From Candidatus Enterousia sp. (lineage in GTDB: Bacteria > Pseudomonadota > Alphaproteobacteria > Rs-D84): a stretch of DNA of 64,000 bases. Within the stretch, counting starts at the first letter, position 1. Each line of letters opens with the position of its first letter. The DNA lies in the NCBI GenBank assembly GCA_045613785.1, contig JAZLBQ010000026.1, positions 64,001 to 128,000 on the forward strand, given 5' to 3'. Of this stretch, positions 18,459 to 29,230 are shown piece by piece. The notes beneath the pieces are model-generated. The model searched no databases. It saw nothing but the letters and a program-made list of their open reading frames with translations, and was not told where the DNA came from. Made by a program: the position numbers and the translations under genes.

Positions 18459-20450
18459 TTAACCTAGTTTATATTCTGTTCCAATTTCTGCGTCCGTCCC
18501 CAGTTCGATGATTTTATCGCCATCACTGCCCTGTCCAACTTCTGCTGGGCTGCACATCATACCAAAAGACTCTACACCTGCAACAGTTCTTTGTGCCATT
18601 GGTTTTTTCATACCTGGCAATTTAGATCCCACAGGTGCTAAAACCCCACGCAGACCAACATAAACATTTGGTGCACCACAAACAATTTGAACATTTTCAG
18701 TTCCGTTATTTACAGTTAAAACATGTAAATCATCACGTGTTGGGTGATTTTCAACTGCAGCAATTTCAGCGACGATTGGTTTTGGTGTGTTATCAGGTTG
18801 TTTTACAGTATATTTTTCTGTCATTTGTGCAATTTTTTCATCATCAATACGACTAAACAGATTTTCAGGCACTACAAATTCCGCCCCATCAGCAATACGA
18901 GATTCGAATTTTTCTGGCCAAGACAAATCTTGTTTATCTGCAAAAATATTCTGCATTTTTTCTGCTGCCACTGGGATAAAAGGTGCAGACACACGTGCAA
19001 ATAAATCAATCAACTGAAAGCATTGGTTCAATACCTTGCCTGCTGCGTCCAAATCACCATTTTTAACCAATGCCCATGGTTCATATTTGGTCATATATTC
19101 ATTACCGATTGCATACAGACCACGCAAAGCAGCGATTGATGCACGGAATTCACAAGCGTCCAACGCACTTGTCAGTTCTGACAATTTTTCATTGATTTGC
19201 GATTCCAGTTCAGGGTCGATTGTTCCTGTTGCTGGGACATTTGTTCCAAAGTTTTTAGCAGTCAATTTACAAACACGACTTACAAAGTTCCCCAACATAC
19301 CGTTCAGGTCTTTGTTTACAATTTCTGCAAATCGATTGATTGTAAAGTCTGTATCGTCTGTTTCTGGTGCAGACGCAATAATTGCATACCGCCAGCAATC
19401 CGCATCAGCATCCATAATCGCATCGTTTAGGAAAATGCCATTTCCAGTAGATTTTGAAATTTTGGCCCCATTAAAGTTCAAGAAATTAAATGCCTTTAAC
19501 GTATCAACAGTTTTCCAGTTATCGTTCATTGCCAATTCTTGTGCTGGGAAAAAGATTGAATGGAACGAAACATTGTCTTTGCCCATAAATTGTGTATAGT
19601 GAACATCGTCGCCACCAAACCACCAGTCTGCCCAGTTCTCATTTGCTGCCTGTGAAATTGATACATACCCCCACGGTGCATCAAACCAAACATAAAAGAC
19701 TTTATTTTCATATCCTGGCTTATTTACAGGAATACCCCATTTTAAATCACGTGTGATTGGGCTGTCCCGCAAACCTTCGTCCAGCCACTTGTTTGCGATT
19801 GCCAATGCGGTCTTGGGCCACCCTTTTCGTGAATCAATCCATTGACGCAACTTGTCCTGCATTTGACTTGATTTGAAATACAAGTGTTTAGTTTCACGCA
19901 TTTCAACGGGTGAATCTTTTGTAATAGCACTGTGTGGGTTTATCAACTGTTCTGGTTCCAGTGTTGCCCCGCACTTTCCACATTCATTACCGTATGCACC
20001 GTCAAATCCGCATTTTGGACAAGTTCCGATAACAAATCTGTCGGCCAAGAACATTTCGTCTTTGACTGAATAAGGTTGCACAGACGTTTTTTCGACCAAC
20101 ATACCCTGTTCGTCCAGACGTGTAAATAATGACTGAATTAGTTCTGTGTGTTTTTGTGTATGTGTTCTGCCATAGATATCAAAAGACAAACCAAAGTTTT
20201 TAATGGCATCGACGTGTGCTGCACGATACTTATCGACATATTCTTCGACAGGCATATTTTCTTTCATTGCACCGATTTCACTGGCTGTGCCGTGTTCATC
20301 AGCCCCGCAAATGAACAGAACATCACGTCCCATTGCCCGGCAAAATCGTGCATAAACATCACTTGGCAGCAAGCAACCAACCAAATGCCCGATATGCAAA
20401 TTATAGTTTACGTATGGTAATGCCGATGTAATTAAATACTTTTTTGCCAT
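18459..20450 (-). CDS. metG: Methionine-tRNA ligase with a C-terminal PheT-B2-like tRNA-binding OB domain
   Basis: ALPYVN..HIGH, CPKC/CGKC zinc knuckle, YVWFDA, GKDN, KISKS; C-terminal IVCGAPN...GMMCS. Confidence 0.96.
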   Translation of the reverse strand: MAKKYLITSALPYVNYNLHIGHLVGCLLPSDVYARFCRAMGRDVLFICGADEHGTASEIGAMKENMPVEEYVDKYRAAHVDAIKNFGLSFDIYGRTHTQKHTELIQSLFTRLDEQGMLVEKTSVQPYSVKDEMFLADRFVIGTCPKCGFDGAYGNECGKCGATLEPEQLINPHSAITKDSPVEMRETKHLYFKSSQMQDKLRQWIDSRKGWPKTALAIANKWLDEGLRDSPITRDLKWGIPVNKPGYENKVFYVWFDAPWGYVSISQAANENWADWWFGGDDVHYTQFMGKDNVSFHSIFFPAQELAMNDNWKTVDTLKAFNFLNFNGAKISKSTGNGIFLNDAIMDADADCWRYAIIASAPETDDTDFTINRFAEIVNKDLNGMLGNFVSRVCKLTAKNFGTNVPATGTIDPELESQINEKLSELTSALDACEFRASIAALRGLYAIGNEYMTKYEPWALVKNGDLDAAGKVLNQCFQLIDLFARVSAPFIPVAAEKMQNIFADKQDLSWPEKFESRIADGAEFVVPENLFSRIDDEKIAQMTEKYTVKQPDNTPKPIVAEIAAVENHPTRDDLHVLTVNNGTENVQIVCGAPNVYVGLRGVLAPVGSKLPGMKKPMAQRTVAGVESFGMMCSPAEVGQGSDGDKIIELGTDAEIGTEYKLG

Positions 20451-20573
20451 TATTTACCCTTTTTTTACTGCGGAAATTATAAAACATATTTTGAATAAAT
20501 CAATAGTTATAAAAAACTTGAAAAAACAATCGTGTATAGTATGTTAGTAAGCATATAAAGTAATGGATTTAAC

Positions 20574-21083
20574 ATGCAACCAAAAAAACAACTTGATAAA
20601 AACACATTGATATACCTTGTAAATGAAATAACCAAGAATCACGGCATCAAGAACACATCGCCTGTAAAGTTGGGTCGTCTGATGTATTTGTTGTGGCTTG
20701 AATATGCGTCCCTGCAACCAGGTTTGACATTTCCGGAAAACTCACCAATGGCGAATATGCGTTTTATAAATTATGAACGTGGTCCTGCCGAAGAACTAAG
20801 TTCTGATAATTTTGATACAGTCCGTTCTGAAATTTTGGCTGGCAAGATTCCAAACTTTTCCCAGACATCATTTCATTTAAAAGAAAAGCATAATATGGAA
20901 CAGGCTTTTACCACTGTTCGCAACATATATTCAATGCATCGTGCGACAGATTTGTGTAATTTCATTATGTATGAACTACCGACTTGTCAGTTCAAGCCAA
21001 AGATTTGCGAATTGACATTTAATGACCAAGAATTTGTCCGTGAACTTCGTGCATTTATCCGCAAGCGTGATAGATTAAAATAA
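20574..21083 (+). CDS. Hypothetical protein, Panacea/SocA (DUF4065)-like antitoxin domain suspected
   Basis: VKLGRLMYL and FINYERGP resemble KLxKLLY and FxAWxxGPV. Confidence 0.55.
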   Translation: MQPKKQLDKNTLIYLVNEITKNHGIKNTSPVKLGRLMYLLWLEYASLQPGLTFPENSPMANMRFINYERGPAEELSSDNFDTVRSEILAGKIPNFSQTSFHLKEKHNMEQAFTTVRNIYSMHRATDLCNFIMYELPTCQFKPKICELTFNDQEFVRELRAFIRKRDRLK

Positions 21084-21087
21084 AAAG

Positions 21088-21103
21088 ACCGGCAAACGCC
21101 GGT
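21088..21103. repeat. RCCGGY-N4-RCCGGY motif/hairpin
   Basis: ACCGGC AAAC GCCGGT. Confidence 0.75.
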
Positions 21104-21112
21104 TTTTAAATC

Positions 21113-21189
21113 TGGTGGGTGGTATTGGACTCGAACCAACGACCTTTACGATGTCAACGTAACGCTCTAACCAACTGAGCTAACCACCC
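21113..21189 (-). tRNA. tRNA-Val(GAC)
   Basis: GGGTGGTTAGCTCAGTTGGTTAGAGC TTACG-TTGACAT-CGTAA ... GGTTCGAGTCC ... ACCA. Confidence 0.95.
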
Positions 21190-21306
21190 AAAACGACCCG
21201 ATTATAACAGATAAAAATATAATTGCAAATGATATTTCGTAGTTGTGCAAAGTTCTAACCTCCAACCACCTTATTGCGGTGTTTTTTTTATAAATTGGTG
21301 TCAATT

Positions 21307-21432
21307 ATGCATATTATTGACCAAATTGAAGAATATAGACTAAACAACAAAATCCAAGTTTTTCAAATTTGTAATATAATTGGTTTGATAATATTTATAA
21401 TTGCAACAAAATATCCTCTAAAAAACATATAA
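21307..21432 (+). CDS. Possible 41-aa small protein, below the ORF-track cutoff
   Basis: MHIIDQIEEYRLNNKIQVFQICNIIGLIIFIIATKYPLKNI; GGTG upstream; hairpin just after the stop. Confidence 0.35.
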   Translation: MHIIDQIEEYRLNNKIQVFQICNIIGLIIFIIATKYPLKNI

Positions 21433-21436
21433 AAAA

Positions 21437-21452
21437 GCCGGTAAAAACCGGC
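21437..21452. repeat. RCCGGY-N4-RCCGGY motif/hairpin at the accC 3' end
   Basis: GCCGGT AAAA ACCGGC. Confidence 0.75.
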
Positions 21453-21456
21453 AATT

Positions 21457-22806
21457 TTATTCTTCGTTTTTCAAGAATTTTTCCAACCATTTATTGTCAA
21501 AATTCAACTGTTTTACGTCTTTGTTTTTTAACAGTTTTTGTTGCAAAGGAATAGTTGTTTTTACGCCTTCGATAACAAATTCGTCCAACGCACGTGTTGC
21601 CCGCATCAAGCACGCAGGTCTATTTTGTGCATGAACAATCAATTTTGCAATCATAGAATCATATGTTGGTGGAATTGTATAACCTGTATAAACAGCACTA
21701 TCGACACGAACGCCCAAACCACCTGATGGTGCATACAGTGTAATTTTTCCAGGGTTTGGAACAAAAGTTTCTGGGTCTTCTGCATTTATACGGAATTCGA
21801 TAGCATGTCCATTTGGGATAACGTTTGATTGTGTATAACCCAGTTTTTCACCTGCTGCGATACGAATTTGTTCACGAACCAAATCCACCCCATAAACCAT
21901 TTCTGTCACAGGATGTTCTACCTGTAATCTAGTATTCATTTCCAAGAAATAGAATTTGCCATCTTCGAACATAAATTCAAAAGTTCCAGCATTGACATAT
22001 CCCATTTTTTTTGCTGCTGTTTTGCAGATTTCAATCATATCATCACGTTGTTTTTGTGATAATACAGCGGCGGGGCATTCTTCCAAAACCTTTTGGTTGC
22101 GTCTTTGCAGCGAGCAATCACGTTCACCAAAGATAACGACATTTCCGTGCATATCACCTAAAACCTGGAATTCGATATGACGTGGATGTGTCAGTAATTT
22201 TTCCATATACAGCGTTCCGTCCCCAAAAGCCGACTGTGCTTCATTTTTAGTCAATTGGAACGCCTCTGCCATTTCGTCTGAATTCATAACGGGTCGCATA
22301 CCACGACCACCGCCACCAGCGGCTGCTTTTAACATAACAGGATAGCCAATTTTTTCGGCCACATCCAATGCTATTTCCAAAGAATCGACTGCCCCATCAG
22401 ACCCTGGCACAACTGGCAAACCACATTCCACAGCAGTCTTTTTTGCATTTACCTTGTCGCCCATGCGAATAATCATTTCTGGCGAAGGCCCAATCCAAAT
22501 CATACCATGCTGCTCAACTTTGTGTGCAAAGTCTGCTCGTTCAGATAAAAATCCATATCCTGGGTGAATTGCATCTGCATTTGTCAGCAATGCAGCGGTT
22601 AAAATTGCGGATTCGTTCAGATAAGATTCACGTGCTGGTGCAGGTCCGATACATACAGACTCGTCTGCCAGTTGCACGTGCATAGCGTCCTTGTCAGCGG
22701 TTGAATATACAGCAACTGTTCGGATACCCATATCACGACAGGCACGAATAACACGCAAGGCGATTTCCCCACGGTTAGCGATTAAAACTTTTTTAATTTG
22801 TGACAT
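21457..22806 (-). CDS. accC: Acetyl-CoA carboxylase, biotin carboxylase subunit
   Basis: ANRGEIALR, HPGYGFLSE, GGGGRGM, EMNTRLQVEH, YDSMIAKL. Confidence 0.97.
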   Translation of the reverse strand: MSQIKKVLIANRGEIALRVIRACRDMGIRTVAVYSTADKDAMHVQLADESVCIGPAPARESYLNESAILTAALLTNADAIHPGYGFLSERADFAHKVEQHGMIWIGPSPEMIIRMGDKVNAKKTAVECGLPVVPGSDGAVDSLEIALDVAEKIGYPVMLKAAAGGGGRGMRPVMNSDEMAEAFQLTKNEAQSAFGDGTLYMEKLLTHPRHIEFQVLGDMHGNVVIFGERDCSLQRRNQKVLEECPAAVLSQKQRDDMIEICKTAAKKMGYVNAGTFEFMFEDGKFYFLEMNTRLQVEHPVTEMVYGVDLVREQIRIAAGEKLGYTQSNVIPNGHAIEFRINAEDPETFVPNPGKITLYAPSGGLGVRVDSAVYTGYTIPPTYDSMIAKLIVHAQNRPACLMRATRALDEFVIEGVKTTIPLQQKLLKNKDVKQLNFDNKWLEKFLKNEE

Positions 22807-22807
22807 C

Positions 22808-23251
22808 TTATTCGATAATGATTATAGGTTGGTCAAATTCAACTGCTGCACCATCTTTGGCCAAGATTTCTGTTACAACACCGTCTTTGTCGGATTTGAT
22901 TGGGTTAAATGTTTTCATTGCTTCGACCAACGCAACGGTATCGCCTGCTTTGACAGATGCGCCGACACTAACGAATGGTTCTGCCCCTGGTTCTGGTGCC
23001 AGATATACAACACCGACCATTGGTGATTTCAGTGCATATCCACTGATTTTTGTTTTTTCTAAAGAATCTGAACTTGTGTTTTTTACCTCAGAATTTGTTG
23101 TTGCCGATGCGACTGCAACGGTCTTTTGTTTAGATAAATGAATATGTTTACGATACAAGCCAAATAAAAATTGGCGTTCTAAATCTAACTCTGTAATTCC
23201 CATATCGTCCATAATTTTTGACATAGACTCTACGGTTGCACGAAAAGACAT
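22808..23251 (-). CDS. accB: Biotin carboxyl carrier protein
   Basis: SPMVG and EAMK biotinylation motif. Confidence 0.93.
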   Translation of the reverse strand: MSFRATVESMSKIMDDMGITELDLERQFLFGLYRKHIHLSKQKTVAVASATTNSEVKNTSSDSLEKTKISGYALKSPMVGVVYLAPEPGAEPFVSVGASVKAGDTVALVEAMKTFNPIKSDKDGVVTEILAKDGAAVEFDQPIIIIE

Positions 23252-23318
23252 TTTAATCCCTTTATTTATAGTTCACTGTCATGCACAATATAAAATTTTA
23301 CCATATTCTGTCGCATTG

Positions 23319-23547
23319 TCAAGGAACAGGGTCGTATCCAAATCCGCCACCTGGTCTGCATCTGGATATTCTTTTCAAACCCATAAAAGTTCCACGAAAT
23401 GTTCCGTATTTAATTATTGCCTGGCGTGTATATTCACTGCATGTTGGGACAAATCTGCAAGCTGCCTTGCCGCCAAAAACAGGGGACAAAGCCACTTGAT
23501 AAAATCGCACGACGCCCAGTGCAATTCTTTGGAAAAAAGAAAGTTTA

Positions 23548-23558
<11 letters not shown>
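23319..23558 (-). CDS. yidD: Membrane protein insertion efficiency factor YidD
   Basis: CRFVPTCSEY, RISRCRP, GYDPVP. Confidence 0.93.
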
Positions 23559-25056
<1,498 letters not shown>

Positions 25057-25070
25057 AAAGCAACAAAAAA

Positions 25071-25086
25071 ACCGGCAAAAGCCGGT
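25071..25086. repeat. RCCGGY-N4-RCCGGY motif, bidirectional terminator-like (mreB/der)
   Basis: A run-ACCGGC AAAA GCCGGT-T run. Confidence 0.8.
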
Positions 25087-25090
25087 TTTT

Positions 25091-26425
25091 TTAATCGTAT
25101 GGATTTTCCGATTTTTCGTATTCTATTATTATTGGCAAGTGTTCCCATTTCAAGGCTGTTGCCAACCCACGACGCAGATATCTGGTATAAGATTCTGGAA
25201 TATCAGATGCCCCACCGACATTGATTGTAATTTTCATTGGATGTCGTCCTGTCTGTCGTGCAAACTTGATTTTCATTGGTCGTTTCAGTCGTGACAAAGG
25301 TGGTTGTCTGTCTGCAACCAGTTTTTCGACAATTCTGTTGATTAAACTTGTCGGTGCGGTTGCGTTTGAAATATCCCACTGTTCATATATACGGCGGAAC
25401 ATATTTTGAACACCAGTTCCTGTTTCTGCTGACACTGCTAAAATCATAGGTTTAATAATCTGATGAAAAGAATTAGAAAACTGATGTTTTAATTTCAGTA
25501 ATTTTTCATCACGAATTTCTGGTTCGACCAAATCCCACTTATTCAGTGCCACGCACAATATTTTACCGGCGTTATAAACACGTGCTGCAATCCCCAAGGC
25601 CTGGTTTTCAATGTTTCTGGTTGCATCAACCATTAAAATAACAACATTAGCCTTTTCGATTGCGTCCAAAGATTTCAGTGCTGACAATGTTTCAACATCA
25701 TCTGTGACCCCTGCCTTGCGACGAAGACCTGCGGTATCCATCAGGACGATATCCCGTCCATAGAACTTTGTTGGGATTTTTACTGTATCTCTTGTAATTC
25801 CAGGTGCGTCCATAACGATTTGTCTTTTTTCGCCCAGCACACGATTTACAAAAGTTGATTTTCCAACGTTCGGCTGCCCCAGAACAGCAATCTTGATTCT
25901 GTTGTCTTGGTTTTTTTCTGGCACAGGTGCATTAGCAGAATCCCCGGCGATTTTATCCAAGAATTCATAAATGTTATCAAATCCACGTTTGTGTTCAGCA
26001 GCCACCAAAACAGGCTCACCAAAGCCTAGTTTGTAAAAATCGTGAACATTTGCCAGTCGTTTTTCCGATTCGCTTTTATTGACCAACAGCATTACAGGTG
26101 CTTTTGTTTTTCTGCGGACTAATTTTGCCCAATCTAAATCTTCATTAGTCAGTCCTACACGACCATCGACAACGAACAAAACCGCATTTGCGTTTGCGAT
26201 TTCATCTATTGCCATATTTGTTGAATCCAGTGCAATTCCGGCGTTTGCACGTTCCAGTCCTGCTGTATCAACCAGTGTATAAGGTCGATTATGAAATGTG
26301 CCTGAAATTGTATCACGTGTGACCCCAGGTCTGTCATGAACCAGTGCATCACGTGTTCCCGTCAATGCATTAAATAATGTCGATTTACCCGTATTTGGGC
26401 GTCCTGCTATAACTATTTTCATCAT
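25091..26425 (-). CDS. der: Ribosome biogenesis GTPase Der (EngA)
   Basis: Two G domains: GRPNTGKS/PGVTRD/DTAG and GQPNVGKS/PGITRD/DTAG/NKWD. Confidence 0.96.
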   Translation of the reverse strand: MMKIVIAGRPNTGKSTLFNALTGTRDALVHDRPGVTRDTISGTFHNRPYTLVDTAGLERANAGIALDSTNMAIDEIANANAVLFVVDGRVGLTNEDLDWAKLVRRKTKAPVMLLVNKSESEKRLANVHDFYKLGFGEPVLVAAEHKRGFDNIYEFLDKIAGDSANAPVPEKNQDNRIKIAVLGQPNVGKSTFVNRVLGEKRQIVMDAPGITRDTVKIPTKFYGRDIVLMDTAGLRRKAGVTDDVETLSALKSLDAIEKANVVILMVDATRNIENQALGIAARVYNAGKILCVALNKWDLVEPEIRDEKLLKLKHQFSNSFHQIIKPMILAVSAETGTGVQNMFRRIYEQWDISNATAPTSLINRIVEKLVADRQPPLSRLKRPMKIKFARQTGRHPMKITINVGGASDIPESYTRYLRRGLATALKWEHLPIIIEYEKSENPYD

Positions 26426-26491
26426 AACTTTTTCCATTGATTTTTTGTAATTATAAAGCAAAAATATAAATAATCAAATAGGGGCGTAAAT

Positions 26492-27088
26492 ATGAAGAAA
26501 AAAATCAAGAACGTATTCAAGCATACACGTAATCTGATTGTGAATCCGAAACGCTATTTTACCAAGATTGTTGCGGACGGCAACATGGAAGAATCGATGT
26601 TAAAGGCATTTTTATATGGTCTGTTGGGTGGCTGCCTTGTTTTGTTGATTCGTCTGCTAGGTGGTGCGACAATAACACTTGGTGCGATATTCACAGCGAT
26701 TGTGATTGTTCCTGTTTTGGCAGTTGCATTGCTGTTTGTTATGGGTGGCCTGATGATGTTGGTGTCTGAAATCACTGGTGGCGAACGTGATTGGGAGATT
26801 GCGATAAAAGGCCTGGCATCAATATTTTTTATATATCCGATAATACTTGTCCTGAATGCTTTGGCATTTAATTGCACATCTATTTGGGTAATCAGTATGC
26901 TGGTAGATATTTATGTTTTGTTCTTGTTTTATAACATATCGTTGTATTGTATGCGTGGCAAGCGTGGCAATGTTTTAATGGTGATTGGTATTTTGGCATT
27001 GTTTATTGCGACGGTCTATGCCACAGATTATCGAATTGGCTGGTTTATGTTAAAAAATACCAGTGCGACCCTGGCATGCTTATTGTAA
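26492..27088 (+). CDS. Yip1-domain membrane protein (YknW-like)
   Basis: LIVNPKRYF N-terminus, about 5 TM helices, GG after TM3. Confidence 0.7.
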   Translation: MKKKIKNVFKHTRNLIVNPKRYFTKIVADGNMEESMLKAFLYGLLGGCLVLLIRLLGGATITLGAIFTAIVIVPVLAVALLFVMGGLMMLVSEITGGERDWEIAIKGLASIFFIYPIILVLNALAFNCTSIWVISMLVDIYVLFLFYNISLYCMRGKRGNVLMVIGILALFIATVYATDYRIGWFMLKNTSATLACLL

Positions 27089-27095
27089 TGAAAAA

Positions 27096-27111
27096 GCCGG
27101 CAAAAGCCGGT
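27096..27111. repeat. RCCGGY-N4-RCCGGY motif/hairpin
   Basis: GCCGGC AAAA GCCGGT. Confidence 0.75.
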
Positions 27112-27203
27112 TTTTTTATTTTGTGAATACAGATAAATTGCCCCCTGCCCTTGGATATGATATAATATACCAGATATAAATCCGACCAAGGGACATATAA
27201 AAC

Positions 27204-27944
27204 ATGACAGCAAAATTCAAAAATAAAACCAAAAAAGAAAATGTGATATCATTGCATGATATAAATAAAAGTTTCCCATTGGAATTGGGCGGTTTTCAAC
27301 AAGTGTTATTTGATATAAACTTTGATATTCAGGCTGGGGAATTTGTTGCGATAATGGGGCCATCTGGGTCTGGTAAATCAACCTGTATGAATATCATTGG
27401 TGCATTGGACACACCGACATCTGGGGTTTATGAATTATATGGTCGTGATGTGACAGGTTTAACCCCTGATGAATTGGCGATTGTTCGCAATGAATACATT
27501 GGTTTTGTTTTTCAGCAGTTTAATTTATTACCGAAACGCACCGTCCTTGATAATGTAATGTTGCCATTGATGTATCAAGGCCTGCCTATGGATGAAAGAA
27601 TTCGTCGGGCTCGTGAAATGTTGACACGTGTTGGTCTGGAAAAATTTGAAAGTTATCTGCCGACGCAACTTTCAGGTGGTATGAAGCAGCGTGTTGCGAT
27701 TGCTCGTGCATTGGCAGGGAATCCAAAATTGATTCTTGCGGACGAACCTACGGGTGCTTTGGACAGTAAAATGGGGAACGAGATATTACAGTTTTTCAAA
27801 AAACTAAACCAAGACCTGGGAATAACTATTGTAATGATTACCCACGAATTTGATATTGCACGTTATGCAAATCGTCTGATACACATTCGTGATGGTCGGA
27901 TAAATTATGATGGTCCAGTGCCAAAGAACGATAATAATTTATAA
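27204..27944 (+). CDS. MacB/YknY-family ABC ATP-binding protein
   Basis: GPSGSGKST, IGFVFQQFNL, LSGG, ILADEPTGALD. Confidence 0.93.
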   Translation: MTAKFKNKTKKENVISLHDINKSFPLELGGFQQVLFDINFDIQAGEFVAIMGPSGSGKSTCMNIIGALDTPTSGVYELYGRDVTGLTPDELAIVRNEYIGFVFQQFNLLPKRTVLDNVMLPLMYQGLPMDERIRRAREMLTRVGLEKFESYLPTQLSGGMKQRVAIARALAGNPKLILADEPTGALDSKMGNEILQFFKKLNQDLGITIVMITHEFDIARYANRLIHIRDGRINYDGPVPKNDNNL

Positions 27945-27972
27945 AAAATTACTTTTTGTATAAGGGGGGGAT

Positions 27973-29190
27973 ATGACACTAAACGACATTTTAAAAGAAT
28001 CCTGGTTGTCAATCAGTGGCAATAAAATCCGTTCATTTTTGACGGTTTTGGGAATTATTATCGGTGTGATGGCTGTTGTAATAATGGTTGCGGTTGGTGA
28101 AACAGTTCAGCGTGAAATTACAGATCAGTTTTCATCACTTGGCACAAACACAATAATGATACGTGCTGGTGCGGCACAATCTGCTGGTGTTCGCACAGGC
28201 AATCGTCAAACGCTTACTATCCAAGACGCAGAATTTATTGCAAAATTACCTGATGTAATGGCGGTTTCTCCTGTTCAAAATGGTTCTGCCCAGGCAATAT
28301 ATGGCAACAAAAACTGGGGGACATCAATGGTTGGTGTTTATCCCGATTATACAACTGTTCAGAACATAGAAATGGAATATGGCACTTTTTTTGATAACTC
28401 TGCTGTTCGCAATGCATCGACGTATGCTGTGATTGGGCCGGAAACAGCCGAAGAATTAGGTTTGCCGGAAAATCCAATTGGTCAGGTTATCCGTGTTCAA
28501 AACACGCCATTTGTAGTTATTGGTGTTACCCGTGCCAAGGGTGATTCTGCAATGGGCAGCCAAGACGATATGATAATGATTCCGATAACAACGTTAAAGA
28601 AACGCCTACAAGGCTCACGTTTTCCAAACTCTGTGAATATGATTGCGTTAAAGTTGTTTCCTGATTCAGACAACACGGCCGCCATTGAACAAATGACCGC
28701 CCTGCTGCGTCAACGTCATCGTTTAAAAGACGATGCGGTTGATGATTTTCAGATAATGGATATGAAACAGGTAATGGAAACAATGACAACGGTAACTGGA
28801 TATATGAAATTACTGTTGATTGCGATTGCGGCAGTTTCGTTGCTTGTTGGTGCGATTGGTATTATGAATATGATGTTGGTATCTGTGGCAGAACGCACCC
28901 GTGAAATCGGCATACGCAAGGCAATTGGTGCTCGTGAACGAATGATAATTATTCAGTTTTTATCAGAATCTGTTTTAATTTCATTTATCGGTTCGATGGT
29001 TGGTCTGATTATAGGTGTTGGCCTGTCCCAAGGCGTTGGTAGGTTTATACTAGGCTATAATGTTCCGTTCAGTGTATGGCCGGTTGTTTTATCGGTATCA
29101 GTAGCGGTTATTGTTGGTCTGTCTTCGGGTGTTATGCCGGCAATGAAGGCTGCCAAACTAAACCCAATCGACAGTCTGCGATATGAATAA
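27973..29190 (+). CDS. MacB/YknZ-family ABC permease
   Basis: RSFLTVLGIIIGV, GIMNMMLVSVAERTREIGIRKAIGA, PAMKAAKLNPIDSLRYE. Confidence 0.93.
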   Translation: MTLNDILKESWLSISGNKIRSFLTVLGIIIGVMAVVIMVAVGETVQREITDQFSSLGTNTIMIRAGAAQSAGVRTGNRQTLTIQDAEFIAKLPDVMAVSPVQNGSAQAIYGNKNWGTSMVGVYPDYTTVQNIEMEYGTFFDNSAVRNASTYAVIGPETAEELGLPENPIGQVIRVQNTPFVVIGVTRAKGDSAMGSQDDMIMIPITTLKKRLQGSRFPNSVNMIALKLFPDSDNTAAIEQMTALLRQRHRLKDDAVDDFQIMDMKQVMETMTTVTGYMKLLLIAIAAVSLLVGAIGIMNMMLVSVAERTREIGIRKAIGARERMIIIQFLSESVLISFIGSMVGLIIGVGLSQGVGRFILGYNVPFSVWPVVLSVSVAVIVGLSSGVMPAMKAAKLNPIDSLRYE

Positions 29191-29207
29191 CAAAGGAAAG
29201 AAAAAAA

Positions 29208-29223
29208 GCCGGTGTTTACCGGC
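29208..29223. repeat. RCCGGY-N4-RCCGGY motif, bidirectional terminator-like
   Basis: GCCGGT GTTT ACCGGC. Confidence 0.78.
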
Positions 29224-29230
29224 TTTTTCA

